Assembly (NCBI GenBank): GCA_038087875.1 | Contig: CM075990.1 | Location: 6,636,001 to 6,700,000, forward strand | Origin: Malacoraja senta | Taxonomy: Eukaryota | Direction of reading: 5' to 3' | DNA: 64,000 nt | In this document: positions 35,385 through 50,459 of the stretch, one piece after another | Layout of the letters: every line of letters starts with the position of its first letter | Position numbering within the stretch: position 1 is the stretch's first letter | Notes under the pieces: generated by a model | What the model was told of the DNA's origin: nothing | Database searches by the model: none | The model's input: only the letters and a program-made list of their open reading frames with translations | Program-made: the position numbers and the translations under genes

Positions 35385-35919
35385 GTGTCAATGGTACCTG
35401 TTGGTCAGTGCTGTTCAGATGGGCTGCAGGGCATGTTTCTGTGCTGGATCTCTCTATGACATGACTGTATGACCTGATAATACAGTCTCCAGTTATGGAT
35501 GTACTGCCTTTTGGGGGATGTGGGAGAATTTTGAGAAAAAGCAAATTGAAAGTTGTGAGGACAGGGTTAGAGAAACCAAGCCTGAGTAGAGTGTACACGT
35601 CTGGTGAAGTACAGGCATAATGATTAGTAACAATGTCAGGGGTTATGGGGAGAAGGCAGGAGAATGGGGTTGTGAGGGAAAGATGGATCAGCCATGATTG
35701 AATGATGGAATAAACTTGAAAGGCTATGCAACTTTTTGCTGTGACTAAATGCGCTGCTAAGTTTGCCCAGACTTTGGGATGGAATTGAAGTGACTAAAGA
35801 TCTGAACATTTCAATCAAGGCCGAAGAATCCCTTTAACCCCCCCCCCCCCCCCCCCCCAAAAAAAAATGTCAGCTTTGTGTCCTTGGCAGCCGTGATGAA
35901 TTCCTCTTCTGAATGACCA

Positions 35920-36692
35920 GAGTATTCGTCCGAGAAACGGAGTCGTTCCTCAACAAGTCCTACAGTACGATTGTTACACCTAAGGTACTGGAAGAGAGAA
36001 GGTGGGAGACGGTGAGAAAGGGAGGGAAGCATGGAATGCCAACGTCCCCGGGTGTTGTACCTCTTGTGAACAGGTTCACCCGCTTAGAAGCTGTTGGGAC
36101 AGAAGACGTGTTTACACTGAGCGGCGGACTGGCTTGCGATGCGAATAGGGCTGTTGAGCAAAAACCAAAAAGGCCTAAGGCAGGCAACGCCATTGTGGTG
36201 GGAGACTCCATTGTGAGAGGTACGGACAGGGGTTTCTGCGGCAACAGACGGGATGCGAGGATGGTGTGCTGCCTTCCTGGTGCCAGGATCCAGGATATCA
36301 CGGACAGAGTGCAGAAAATCCTCAAGGGCGAAGGTGAACATCCGGAAGTGGTAGTGCATGTCGGCACAAACGATGTCGGAAAGGGGATGAATATTCTGCA
36401 GCGTGACTTTAGAGATCTCGGAAAAATGCTGAAAAGCAGGACCTCCAGGGTTATTATCTCCGGTTTGCTTCCAGTTCCTCGTGCTGGAGAGAGCAGGAAC
36501 AGGGAGATACGGGACCTGAACGTGTGGCTGAGGAACTGGTGCACGGGGCAGGGATTTAGATTCTTAGATCACTGGGATCTGTTTTGGGGTAAGGGGGAAC
36601 TGTACAAAAGGGACGGATTGCATCTTAACAGGTGTGGGACCAGCATTCTGGCAGGCTGGTTTGCCACTGCTACACGGGTGGTTTTAAACTGA
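35920..36692 (+). pseudogene. CR1 ORF1 SGNH esterase, 5'-truncated
   Basis: NRF..L, VVGDS, CLPGA, HVGTND, DGLHL. Confidence 0.88.
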
Positions 36693-39600
36693 ATAAGGGG
36701 GGTGGGGTGTCGAATGGGATAGTGGAGGATGGAGTTAAAGGGAAAGGGTTTCTTAAATGTGTGAGCGTAGAGACAGAGGGGTGTAAAATGAGGGTAGAAG
36801 CAATAGGTAGCAAGGTGAAAAGTAAAAGTGGCAGGCAGACAAAACCAGGGCAAAAATCAAAAAGGGCCACTTTTCAACATAATTGTATAAGGGGTAAGAG
36901 TGTTGTAAAAACAAGCCTGAAGGCTTTGTGTCTCAATGCAAGGAGCATTCGTAATAAGGTGGATGAGTTGAATGTGCAGATAGCTATTAATGACTATGAT
37001 ATGGTTGGGATCACGGAGACATGGCTCCAGGGTGACCAAGGCTGGGAGCTGAACATCCAGGGATATTCAATATTCAGGAGGGATAGAGAGAAAGGAAAAG
37101 GAGGTGGGGTAGCGTTGCTGATTAGAGAGGAGATTAACGCAATGGAAAGGAAAGACATTAGTTTCGAGGATGTGGAATCGGTATGGGTAGAACTGCGAAA
37201 CACTAAGGGGCAGAAAACGCTGGTGGGTGTTGTGTACAGGCCACCTAACAGTAGTAGTGAAGTTGGAGATGGTATCAAACAGGAAATTAGAAATGCGTGC
37301 GACAAAGGCAAAACAGTTATAATGGGTGACTTCAATCTACATATAGATTGGGTGAATCAAATTGGCAGGGGTGCTGAGGAAGAGGATTTCTTGGAATGTA
37401 TGCGGGATAGTTATCTAAATCAACATGTAGAGGAACCAACGAGAGAGCAGGCTATTTTAGACTGGGTATTGAGTAATGAGGAAGGGTTAGTTAGCAGTCT
37501 TGTTGTACGTGCCCCCTTGGGGAAGAGTGACCATAATATGGTTGAGTTCTTCATTAGGATGGAGAGTGACATTGTTAATTCAGAAACAATGGTTCTGAAC
37601 TTAAAGAAAGGTAACTTTGAGGGTATGAGACGTGAATTGGCCAAGATTGACTGGCAATTAATTCTAAAAGGGTTGACGGTGGATATGCAATGGAAGACAT
37701 TTAAAGACTGCATGGATGAACTACAAAAATTGTTCATCCCAGTTTGGCAAAAGAATAAATCAGGGAAGGTAGTGCATCCGTGGATAACAAGGGAAATCAG
37801 GGATGGTATCAAAGCGAAGGATGATGCGTACAAATTAGCCAGAAAAAGTAGCATACCGGAGGACTGGGAGAAATTCAGAGACCAGCAGAGGAGGACAAAG
37901 GGCTTAATTAGGAAAGGAAAAATAGATTATGAAAGAAAACTGGCAGGGAACATAAAAACTGACTGCAAAAGTTTTTATAGATATGTGAAAAGAAAGAGAT
38001 TAGTTAAAACAAATGTAGGTCCCTTGCAATCAGAAACAGGTGAGTTGATCATGGGGAATAAGGATATGGCGGACCAATTGAATAACTACTTTGGTTCCGT
38101 CTTCACTAAGGAAGACATAAATAATCTGCCGGAAATAGCAGGGGACCGCGGGTCAAAGGAGTTGGAGGAATTGAGTGAAATCCAGGTTAGTCGGGAAGTG
38201 GTGTTGGGTAAATTGAATGGATTAAAGGCCGATAAATCCCCAGGGCCAGATAGGCTGCATCTCAGAGTACTTAAGGAAGTAGCTCCAGAAATAGTGGATG
38301 CATTAGTAATAATCTTTCAAAACTCTTTAGCTTCTGGAGTAGTTCCTGAGGATTGGCGGATAGCAAACGTAACCCCACTTTTCAAGAAGGGAGGGAGAGA
38401 GAAAACGGGGAATTACAGACCAGTTAGTCTAACATCGGTAGTGGGGAAACTGCTAGTGTCAGTTATTAAAGATGGGATAGCAGCACATTTGGAAAGTGGT
38501 GAAATCATTGGACAAAGTCAGCATGGATTTAGGAAAGGTAAATCATGTCTGACGAATCTTATAGAATTTTTCGAGGATGCAACTAGTAGCGTGGATAGGG
38601 GGAGAACCAGTGGATGTGGTGTATCTGGACTTCCAGAAGGCTTTCGACAAGGTCCCACATAAGAGATTAGTATACAAACTTAAAGCACATGGCATTGGGG
38701 GTTCAGTATTGATGTGGATAGAGAACTGGCTGGCAAACAGGAAGGAAAGAGTAGGAGTAAACGGGTCCTTTTCACAATGGCAGGCAGTGACTAGTGGGGT
38801 ACCGCAAGGCTCAGTGCTGGGACCCCAGCTATTTACAATATATATTAATGATCTGGATGAGGGAATTGAAGGCAATATCTCCAAGTTTGCGGATGACACT
38901 AAGCTGGGGGGCAGTGTTAGCTGTGAGGAGGATTCTAGGAGACTGCAAGGTGACTTGGATAGGCTGGGTGAGTGGGCAAATGTTTGGCAGATGCAGTATA
39001 ATGTGGATAAATGTGAGGTTATCCATTTTGGTGGCAAAAACAGGAAAGCAGACTATTATCTAAATGGTGGCCGACTAGGAAAAGGGGAGATGCAGCGAGA
39101 CCTGGGTGTCATGGTACACCAGTCATTGAAAGTAGGCATGCAGGTGCAGCAGGCAGTGAAGAAAGCGAATGGTATGTTAGCTTTCATAGCAAAAGGATTT
39201 GAGTATAGGAGCAGGGAGGTTCTACTGTAGTTGTACAGGGTCTTGGTGAGACCACACCTGGAGTATTGCGTACAGTTTTGGTCTCCAAATCTGAGGAAGG
39301 ACATTATTGCCATAGAGGGAGTGCAGAGAAGGTTCACCAGACTGATTCCTGGGATGTCAGGACTGTCTTATGAAGAAAGACTGGATAGACTTGGTTTATA
39401 CTCTCTAGAATTTAGGAGATTGAGAGGGGACCTTATAGAAACTTACAAAATTCTTAAGGGGTTGGACAGGCTAGATGCAGGAAGATTGCTCCCGATGTTG
39501 GGGAAGTCCAGGACAAGGGGTCACAGCTTAAGGATAAGGGGGAAATCCTTTAAAACCGAGATGAGAAGAACTTTTTTCACACAGAGAGTGGTGAATCTCT

Positions 39601-39725
39601 GGAACTCTCTGCCACAGAGGGTAGTCGAGGCCAGTTCATTGGCTATATTTAAGAGGGAGTTAGATGTGGCCCTTGTGGCTAAAGGGATCAGAGGGTATGG
39701 AGAGAAGGCAGGTACAGGATACTGA
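36683..39725 (+). pseudogene. CR1 ORF2 (APE plus RT) with a 1-nt insertion at ~38598-38602 and a premature TAG at 39228-39230
   Basis: LNARS, ITETWL, MGDFN, SDHN, SPGPD, DFQKAFD, GVPQGSVLGP, FADD. Confidence 0.93.
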
Positions 39726-41085
39726 GTTGGATGATCAGCCATGATCATATTGAATGGCGGTGCAGGCTCGAAGGGCCGAATGGCCTACTCCTGCACCTAA
39801 TTTCTATGTTTCTATGTTTCTATGTAAGGTTTACGATCTGGATATACACGGAATCAAATGAGGCATCAGGTTTTCTGGCAGTTGTCTTGTTTGCAGTGTC
39901 ATTTAAATAGGAGCTTGCTATATTCTTAATTTGGATCTGATTATATATTTTCCAGCCTCCCAAGAAAGCTGTGTATTGTATCAGCAGAGCACATTCACTC
40001 ATTCTGTAGGTAACATTTGGTAAGCATAGTTCAAAGTGAGTGATTTAGTACGGATGTGATTCAAAAGATATTGGCACTGGTGGAAAGGAAGTGCGTGATC
40101 TCACTTTTGAAAGTATTGCTCCTGCAATGAAAAGTTCTTTATTCGGGAGACATTTGAAGGAAGTTGATGAATATTTGTTTGGTTGGTTGAAAGGTTATAA
40201 TGAATGGCAATCATGGGTGTTTATTTTCTACCATGGAACGTTCCTAATGAATTAAAAACTTCTGTACAATTTAAAAAAAGGCACCTCTTTCATCATTTCC
40301 TGCATAAGGAAACAAGGGTTGAAATCCATGCCGTTGCACAAGTGCTTGACAAGTTCACACCAAATTCCTCCTTGAAAGTTGAACGGAAGATCACTGGGTT
40401 TTAGACAGTGGAGACAAGACCGTCAATCATATGTGATCAAAGGTGCAATAATGTTTGGAGTCTGATATGACCCGGTGCATTTCTTTCAATGTAGGCTAGA
40501 AACATCAGTGCTGTTGTATTTTGCAAAGCTTGTTACAGATCAGAGCGTAGTGTCCCAAAGGTCCACTCAAGCAAGTTAATACACTGCTGATTTTCCAGTG
40601 ATTAATCTTAATCACACGAATATTGGTGCTCTTGGTGCTGTTTCGGCTCAATGCGCACCAAGTCCTGTTCGTTTCCATTCAACAAGCCCTGGCTCTGATT
40701 TATGGAGCCTCCCTACAGTTGCCAGCCTTCCCCACAACAAAATTAAGTCTACGTTGGAGAAATGAACCGAGGCAAGCAGACTTGTGCAAGAAGAGGCCCC
40801 GCCACTGGAACCTGGTTGGATGGCAACATACTGGACAAATTCCGCTTCCTCGAACGAGTCCACTGTTTTCAACTAACCTGGCCCCAGGAGGTGGGTGCTG
40901 CATTGTCAGGAGGCTGTAAAGACTCTTTCCCCTCCAGCCTCTTATCTTCCCAGCCGTCGGATGAGTCTCAGCTCGTCCGCTTCTGTGGATTCCTGATTCC
41001 TCCCACGCTCATTTATTGCCTGTGCTTTCCACAGATGCCCTAACCTCTGAACTTCCTCCTCAAAACTACTTTACACTTGCCCAGA

Positions 41086-41500
41086 TACAAGAAACTGCAG
41101 ATGCTGGCTTCCAAAAAAACCCCGCAGTGCTGGAGTAACTCAGTGGGTTAGGCAGCATCTCTGGAGAACATGGACACTTTGGGTCAGGAACCTTCTGTCT
41201 GAAGATGGGCCCTAACCCGAAACATCACCTATCCATGTTCTCCAGAGATGCTGCCTGACCTGCTGAGCTCCTCCAGCACTTTTCTCTTAAGTCGCACCGT
41301 AAAGCCAAATCATTTGACCAGACTTTGGGTTATCTGTTCACACTTGTGCTGTGCTGAGTGGAAATTATTGTTGAAACAAAAAATTGCAGACGCTGGTTAA
41401 TACACAAGAGGTGGCAAAGTGGTGGAGTAACTCAGTGGATCAGGCAGCATCTCTGGAGAACATGGATATGTGACATTTTGGGTCAGAACCTTCTGCAGAT
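41086..41500. mobile_element. Penelope-derived repeats (palindromic unit 41086-41283, minus arm 41375-41500)
   Basis: aactgcagatgctgg..ggcagcatctctggagaacatgga and gtctgaagatgggccctaacccgaaacatcacc. Confidence 0.8.
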
Positions 41501-41814
41501 TGTTTTGCTTTATCTGGAAACTATCTTTTGAGGAACCATTATTTGCAATTGCAGAGTCACATTTGGGGATGGTATCTTCATAGTGGAACAACATCACGAA
41601 TTTCAGCTTATTCACTTATTTTCATGAAGAAATATTGGAGAGGCATGACTTGTTTTCTTCAGGACATGGGGCTGAGGGGAGGTGATTGGGGATGAAAGTA
41701 AGAGGGGTCCACAAGGAATGTATAAGGAAGAATCTAGTTGCCTTGACGCAATGTCAAAAACCAAGTGCCGCATGTTTGGTAGAAGGAATGAGGCAGAAGG
41801 AATTAAGTCTTTGC

Positions 41815-42303
41815 TTCAGACTTTGGAGATACAGTGCGGAAACATGCCAGTCGGCCCACCGGGTCAGCACCGACCAGCGATCCCCGCACGCTAGCACTAT
41901 CCTGCACACTAGGGACAATTTATACTTTACAGAAACCAATTAACCTACAAACTGGGGTCAAGGAAAGAGCGTTCACGTCGCGGCCCTGTTTCCACCAATC
42001 TTTCCACCACCACGCACAAGAAGCATAAGAAGCGACAAGACAGACACCATTGCATGCAGATGCCGAGAAGTGTGTTCACTTCTGGCTGAACAACTGCTAA
42101 TCTTGTGTGGGAACTCGATACGAAGAAGAACCTGCAAATCTTTTACCTTGTACATCTTTTGGAATGTGGAGGAAACCGGAGCACCGGAGAAAGCCCACGA
42201 GGTAACAGGAAGTATGTGCAAACTCTGCACAGACTGCACCCGAAGTCCGGATGGAACCTGGATCTCTGGCCCTATAAGGCAGCAACTCTATCACTGTGCC
42301 CAT
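41815..42303 (-). mobile_element. V-SINE split by ~200 bp of other sequence
   Basis: Tail at 41815-41952 and core/head at 42150-42303. Confidence 0.75.
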
Positions 42304-42470
42304 CAAGCACTCAACCACACTCATCCTACTCTTTCTTATCTCAGCCTCCCTAGCACCACGCTGTTTTCCAGCCGCCCGTCTATAGTCAGGCAATGTACAA
42401 CAGCCAACTGACCATGCAGCACAAGATGCATGGGAGAAAACAGAAGCACCAGGGGAAACCCATTAGTTCT

Positions 42471-42895
42471 GTAAGTAAGTAAGTAAGTTTTATTTATATA
42501 GCACGTTTTAAGTCAACTCGCATTGACACCAAAGTACTTTACATAAAATAAATAATAAGTTTCCATACAACCATAGAAAAAGGTTAAAAAAGAAAAAATG
42601 GACATAACACATTATAGAGTTCAACACAAACGTCCCCCCACAGCAGAATCAAAATGTTCCACTGTGGGGAAAGGCACCAGAAAGTTAAGTCCTCTTCCTC
42701 TGTGAATCACCCGAGGCCTCCGCAGCCAGTCCGATGTTTTCAGGGCCCTCTTGCCGGGAAGATGGAACTCTGGCGTCGGGTGAAACATTCCTCAGCGGCT
42801 TGGAAAGTCTGGAGTGGCCGCTCCCTCCCCGGAGACCGGAGACCGGGGCATCCGAAGTCCTCAGGCCTCGCGGTTGAAGCTCCGACCCCAGCGAC
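42471..42895 (-). mobile_element. L2-like 3' tail with (TTAC)n plus GC-rich body
   Basis: (gtaa)n then tttatttatatagcac...caaagtactttaca, resembling L2-type 3' ends. Confidence 0.6.
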
Positions 42896-43216
42896 CCCTG
42901 GAGAGCATGGATAGGTGATGATTCGGGTTAGGACCCTTCTTCACATAGACCCATTAGGTCTATGAGTCTTGGTCCGACAGTGCCCAACATCAGTATTGAC
43001 AACTGGCCTTCAGAGCTGTGAGAGATTCCACCATGGAAAAATATTTTCACTCAAAGTGATGCGGGGTCTGGAACTAGACAAAATGTGGAGGAAGGAACTG
43101 CAAACGCTGGTTTAGACTGAAGATAGACACAAATGCTGGAGTACCTCAGCGGGACAGACAGCATCTCAGGAGAAAAGGAATTGATGACGTTTGGGGTCGA
43201 GACCCTTCTTCAGACA
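42895..43216 (-). mobile_element. Two Penelope-derived hammerhead-like arms (42895-42945 and 43085-43216)
   Basis: gacccttcttca in both; gacgtttggggtcgagacccttcttcagac. Confidence 0.75.
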
Positions 43217-43719
43217 ATATAAATAAACCTGTTCCTGACGATTACATGTTGAAGTTATAATCGTGAATTCAAAGGAGAAGGTGGAGTTTGGAGAACACGC
43301 GACGTTTATTGACGTTAAGCATGACGGGATTACACTTGGATCATAATCATGTACCGTGCAAGTATTTACATTGAAATGGTCTACCGTTAAGAGGTGCGTT
43401 GAACCGTGTATGCTGGTCAGCTGTACATATCTTGTCATTAACTTGCTGCCTGAAAGCAGAGACCTTTATCACACTGAAACTGCCCTGAAGCGTTCTGAAG
43501 ATCCATGACTTTCAGGCAACAGACACAGTCCTGAGAGGTGCATTGAGATTGGGGAGCTTTCGCGACAAGATAAGACATGAAGAGGTGAAAGGCCTCCTTC
43601 GCCATCATTAATTTACGTTGAACCTATGGGTGTGTGGTTTCAGTCGCTAATGCTAGATAAATCTTCTTTCTCCACACCCAATCAGCGCAGGTATGTAGCT
43701 ATGTCCTTATTGGAAAGTT

Positions 43720-43963
43720 GGCCTGTCCCACCTTCATGACCTAATTCACGACCTCTGCTGAGTTTGCCCTTGACTCATACTCGCAGCATGGTCATCACGA
43801 GGTTGTAGGAGGTCTTGGGAGGTCGTAGGTGGTTGTAGGTAGGTCGTGATGCTAGTCGTAGGTACTCGTGGCATCAAGTAGGTCGGGCGTTTTTCTAGCC
43901 TGATGAAAAATGTCCACGAGTAAAGAAGGTCGTGAATTAGGTCGTGAAAGTGGGACAGGCCCT
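43720..43963. mobile_element. Harbinger-like MITE, subfamily 2
   Basis: GGCCTGTCCCAC.TTCA.GACCTAATTCACGACCT ... AGGTCGTGAATTAGGTCGTGAAAGTGGGACAGGCCCT followed by TAA. Confidence 0.82.
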
Positions 43964-44379
43964 TAAACATCAGCTTTTCTTGTGACAATAAACAGCAGTA
44001 CGGTGTATTGGCACAACTTAACGTTTAAAAACTAGATTGATGTATAACAGTCAATAATGTCTCATAATCTGTTATATACTTACCATCACCCCTTTGGTTA
44101 CAGAAGGAAGCAGTAACGTTAACCATTCCACTTCCACTCCCTCTCAGTTTTATTGTGGGCTGAATTCAGAGCAATGTACTGCAACTACACGTGAAGACTA
44201 AAGACTTGAAACTTACTGCTGCTGTAAAATTGCAAAGAGCTAACAAAACTTACACATTAGCTGGTTTATTTGGTTGAAACTTATAAAGGCAACAGATGTA
44301 ATGTACTGCACAGGATTGTACAGTACATAAGTTTAGACAGGATCTATAATAAATGCAGACGTACACACACAAATGCACA

Positions 44380-45400
<1,021 letters not shown>

Positions 45401-46089
45401 AACTACAGCTCATCTATCTGATGGTAAAATGATGGTAATTAATTTGTTGTCTCTGGAAAGAGCAGTCATTTGCATCAAAGCCACCAGTGAGATGAGTGGA
45501 CGGGGTTCTTCACTGAATGTGTGCCTAGGGTGAATTATATCCTTCCTCTGGCTAGTTAGTAAACCGATGAATGGCTCCACAGCTCATTGTAACTAGGTAA
45601 ATGAGGTGGTGCGGTGACTGACTAGGAAACGGGGCTTCTGACCAGATCAGCCTCCCCCTCGGTCAATGCTGCATCGATGGCTGGCTCAGTGTTGGTACGT
45701 GCACACAGGGAGCAGTCGATGGAAGGGATCTCACAGGCTCTGAAACACAGAGGACACCAGCCAAAAGCATCTTGGCCATCGGAGGAGCCTGCCTCAGTAA
45801 TGTTTTTACAAAAGCATTGACACATCGTATATCAGGAGAGATTGTGGTCTCGATGCAAGGCAAGAACACTGAACCATATACATGTTGAACCTCTGTTCCT
45901 GCTGCAAACTGTGTGTTCTAGTCAGTGTCATTGTTTCATAGCCCACAACATGACTCCAATACAATAGGATCACATTCAGTCTACACCCAGAGAGTAGTAT
46001 TTTCATGGACATTAGATATACAACTATCTCCTTTGAAAACACAAAGGTAGCAATATTTAGATGGAGGAAAACAATAATTTTAGAAATAA

Positions 46090-46850
46090 GGTGGCGTAGC
46101 GGTAGAGTTGCTGCCTTAAAGCGCCAGAAACCTGGGTTCAATCCTGACTATGGGTGCTATCTTGTCAGAGTTTGCACGTTCTACCTGTGACCATGCGGGT
46201 TTTCTCCGGACGCTCCGGTTTCCTCCCACATTCCACAGACGTGGGGGTTTGTAGGTTAATTGGCTTCTGTAAGTTGTCCCTAGAGTGTAGGATAGTGCTG
46301 GTGTACGGGGTGATTGTTGGTTGGCGTGGACTTGATGGGCCAAAGGGCCTGATTCCACACTGTATCTGCAACCTCTAAACTCTAAACTCTAAAAGGAACT
46401 GCAACTGCTGGTTTACACTGAAGGACACAAAATGCTGGAGTAACTCAGCAGGTCAGGCAGCATCTCTGGAGAACATGGATAGGTGACGTTTTGAGTCAAA
46501 TCAATCATTCTGTTTCCCCCCGTTGTGGCGAGTCGACTGGACAGTCAGAATCTTTTTCCCGAGATGGAAAAATTAAATACTAGAGGACATAACTTTAAGG
46601 TGAGAGGGGCAAAGTTTAAAGGAGATGTGCGGGGCATGTATTTTACATAGAGGGTGGTGAGTGCCGGAAGTTTGAAGCAGATACGTAGTGGAATTTAAAA
46701 GACTCTTAGAAAGGCATGTGGATATGCAGAGAATGGAGAGATGAGGGTTATCTGTACATGCAGGTAGATAAGGGATAGTCTTGGCATCATGTTCAACACA
46801 GAAACTGTGGGCTGAAGGGCCTGTTCGTGTTCTGTATTGCTCTATGTATT
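46090..46850 (+). mobile_element. V-SINE (46090-46392), minus Penelope arm (46392-46498) and CR1 3' fragment (46540-46850)
   Basis: tggcgtagcggtagagttgctgcc, ctctaaactctaaa tail; aggaactgcaactgctgg; tactagaggacataactttaaggtgagagg. Confidence 0.82.
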
Positions 46851-47078
46851 AGCTAATGTTAGAGCTCAGCATATCTGTTCTTTCGTTCAATGTAAATATT
46901 ATGCATTACTACTGCATACTGGTCTGGAACTTATAGTTAAAGCCTTGCAAGTATGTTTCTACTGTGCAGGATGGTGAGATTTGAACCAGCTGACACTGCG
47001 AGTTGTACAAGAGACCACAGAATGACAGACACACCCCTCTCTGCACACCACATTGCAGCGGGAGCTTGGAAGGACTGA

Positions 47079-47720
<642 letters not shown>

Positions 47721-48357
47721 GTGAGACTGGGGGCAAGGCTGGGAAGCAGGAGCTGTACAGAGGCGAGGTGAACCATATTATCACTGCCTGAGTGAGACAA
47801 AGTCTGGCAAAAGGAATTAATTGTGGGTTCCATTTCTTGCCGAATTATGACAAGCCTCTTGGGACTTGGTTTAGTTTCAAGTCTGAACAAAATCCTGGCA
47901 AGTGAAAAATACATTTGCATTTTGTTGACCCATGTGGCTGTGAATGCTTGCCACACTCCAAATCGATGTGACCACCTTTGATACCTCTTGGCTCGCGTCC
48001 CGTTGCCGCTGTTGAAACGTGGTGGTTGATCCTTTCAGGCAGTGGAAAATGCGTGTCAGAGCATAAAATCGTAAAAGGCTTGGCCAAGACAGAGAATGGT
48101 AACCTCTTTATTCATGCATTCTGCACTGGTGAGCTGCTCCCCAACAATCAACTAAAAGCATCTGTGGTCATGTAAAAGTATGGGTGACCCCCTCATGAAC
48201 CTTGCTATCGCTGCACCATTGTAAACACTCCTGTGGCCCTTTCCATCACGGAGAGGTGGAAACACAGGCTGGAACAATTGGAACTGGTCGCTCCGACATC
48301 GGAAACCCCAGTCCGGATACCTGCCGACGGTTGGAGCGGCTGCAGAAACCTTTTATA

Positions 48358-48610
48358 AGCTCATAAGATCATAGGTTGTAGGAGCAGAATTAGGCCATTC
48401 AGCCCATCTAGTCTACTCTGCCATTCAATCATGGCTGATCTATCACTCCGTCTCAACCCCATTATCATGTCTTCTCCCACAATCCCTGACACCCGTACGA
48501 ATCAAGAATCCGCCTTAAAAATATCCATTGACTTGGCCTCCGCAACCATCTGTGGCAATGACTTCCACAGATTCACCAATCTCTGACTAAAGAAATTTCT
48601 CCTCATCTTC
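48358..48610 (-). mobile_element. CR1 3' tail
   Basis: taggagcagaattaggccattc...ttccacagattcaccaa. Confidence 0.85.
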
Positions 48611-48661
48611 TTTTCTTTCCACCTTTTTAAGTTTGGTTACCTTTTCAATCCTTCACGGTTA

Positions 48662-49042
48662 AGGGCCTGTCCCACTTTCCCGAGTTATTCACGAATTCTC
48701 CCGAGTTTTCCACTTGATTCAAACTCACAGAATGTTCGTAACGGGTCCTTAGGAGGCATTAGGAATCCGTAGATATATCATAGCGGCTCGTTATGCCAGC
48801 CGTAGGTACTTGGGGCATCCTCCCGACGATTTTTTTACTCGGGGACATTTTTTATCAGGCTGGAAAAAACGTCCCGACTTGTCTGATGCCTCGAGTACCT
48901 ACGGCTGGCATAACGAGCCGCTACGATATATCTATGGACTCCTATGGCCTACTACGGACTCGTTACGAACATTCTGCGAGTTTGAATCAAGGGGAAAACT
49001 CGGGAGAATTTGTGAATAACTCGGGAAAGTGGGACAGGCCCT
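48662..49042. mobile_element. Harbinger-like foldback MITE, subfamily 3
   Basis: ~158-bp inverted arms (48662-48819 and 48885-49042); TTA TSD at 48659-48661 and 49043-49045. Confidence 0.92.
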
Positions 49043-49325
49043 TTAGTTTGTTTTTCTTGCCATCGAGTGAAGCTCATTGATTTAAAGCATGACCAAAATA
49101 AATGACAAAGAAGGTTGGTGAATGGGGCAGTAGGATCCACTGTAAAATTATAATTGTATTTATTGATTGTGGACATTACTGCCATTTATTGTACATCTCC
49201 AATAGCCCCAGAACTGAAGAGGTCATTAGAGGGACTGAACTTCAGCCATTCTGGGTGGGAATAGCAGATTTAATTGCTGGGACATTGATGAGAAAATTGT
49301 GTTTCTGCATTAGCTTCATGCCCAA

Positions 49326-49765
49326 TGGAGCAGCTGGGCTTATCTACTCTGGAGTTTAGAAGGATGAGAGGGTATCTTATTGGAACATATAAGATTATTA
49401 AGGGTTTGCACACTCTAGAGGCAGGAAACATGTTCCCGATGTTGGGGGAGTCCAGAACCAGGGGCCACAGTTTAAGAATAAGGGGTAAGCCATTTAGAAC
49501 TGAGACGAGGAAACACTTTTTCTCACAGAGAGTTGTGAGTCTGTGGAATTCTCTGCCTCAGAGGGCGATGGAGGCCGGTTCTCTGGATACTTTCAAGAGA
49601 GTGCGAGATAGGGCTCTTAAAAATAGCGGAGTCAGGGGATATGGGGAGAAGGCAGGAACGGGGTACTGATTGGGGATGATCAGCCATGATCACATTGAAT
49701 GGCGGTGCTGGCTCGAAGGGCCGAATGGCCTACTCCTGCACCTATTGTTTGTTGTCTATTGTCTA
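49326..49765 (+). mobile_element. CR1 3' fragment with (CTATTGT)n tail
   Basis: LEFRRMRG..TYKI..RTRGHSL..FFSQRVV.LWNSLP. Confidence 0.92.
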
Positions 49766-49861
49766 CACTACCAAAAGTTGTTTGTTTTATTCTAATTTCA
49801 TGTTTTAATGTAAATACTTGGAATTAAATTCCTCCTAACTGCCAGAGTTGGTTTTGAATCA

Positions 49862-50182
49862 CATGGTACAGATCTGTGGTAGAGCTGGTGCCTCACAGCG
49901 CCAGAGGCCCAGGTTCGATCCTGACCTCGGTGCTGTCAGTGTGGAGTTTGTGCATTCTCTCTCTGCCCATGCAGGTTTGCTCAGGGTGCTCTGCTTTCTG
50001 CCCATATACAAAAGACGTGTGGATTTGTAGGTTAATTGGCCTCTGTAAATTGCCCCTATTGTGTAGGGATAGGATGCGAAAGTGAGATAAGATAAAACTA
50101 GTGAGAATGGCTGATCGATGGTTGGCATGGATTCGGTGGGCTGAAGGGCTTGTTTCGATGATGTATTTTTCAATCAATCAAT
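49862..50182 (+). mobile_element. V-SINE with (TCAA)n tail
   Basis: aggttcgatcctgacctcggtgctgtc, gtggagtttgtgc, gggctgaagggc. Confidence 0.85.
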
Positions 50183-50459
50183 AACTTTCTGGATAATAAT
50201 GGATTCAAAAGTTGCGGGAGATTGGTGTGAGATGGGAGATCAGGCACGATTTTGTTAAGCAGTGGAGCAACTTCGTGGGGTTAAATTGCCTTCTCCTCAT
50301 CAATTCATCAGTTCTCGTGTACAAGTGGACATATGCCTCAGCCCTGCCAAACTGGGCAAAATTGGACCTAATTCAATATTAACTTGGTGGTGGTTCAGTG
50401 TTTTCCCTGGTAATTTTGTACTCTGGTATCACATCCGCATGGAGTTAGCAACTTCCTTC

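Larger units (their letters stand above)
35920..39824 (+). mobile_element. 5'-truncated CR1 LINE (second subfamily)
   Basis: ORF1 lacks the N-terminal zinc finger; full-length ORF2; (TTTCTATG)n tail at 39801-39824. Confidence 0.95.

Noticed and set aside
35960..39748. Multiple minus-strand ORFs over the CR1 elements
   Set aside because: Antisense shadows of the LINE coding sequence with no independent features.
40623..41043. Short ORFs in unique-looking sequence
   Set aside because: No recognisable homology or exon boundaries; possibly very old LINE debris, but unsupported.
48659..48676. TTAA-flanked piggyBac/Kolobok interpretation of the MITEs
   Set aside because: The right flank is CCCT-TTA-G, and the SINE-nested copy shows a 3-bp TAC duplication.
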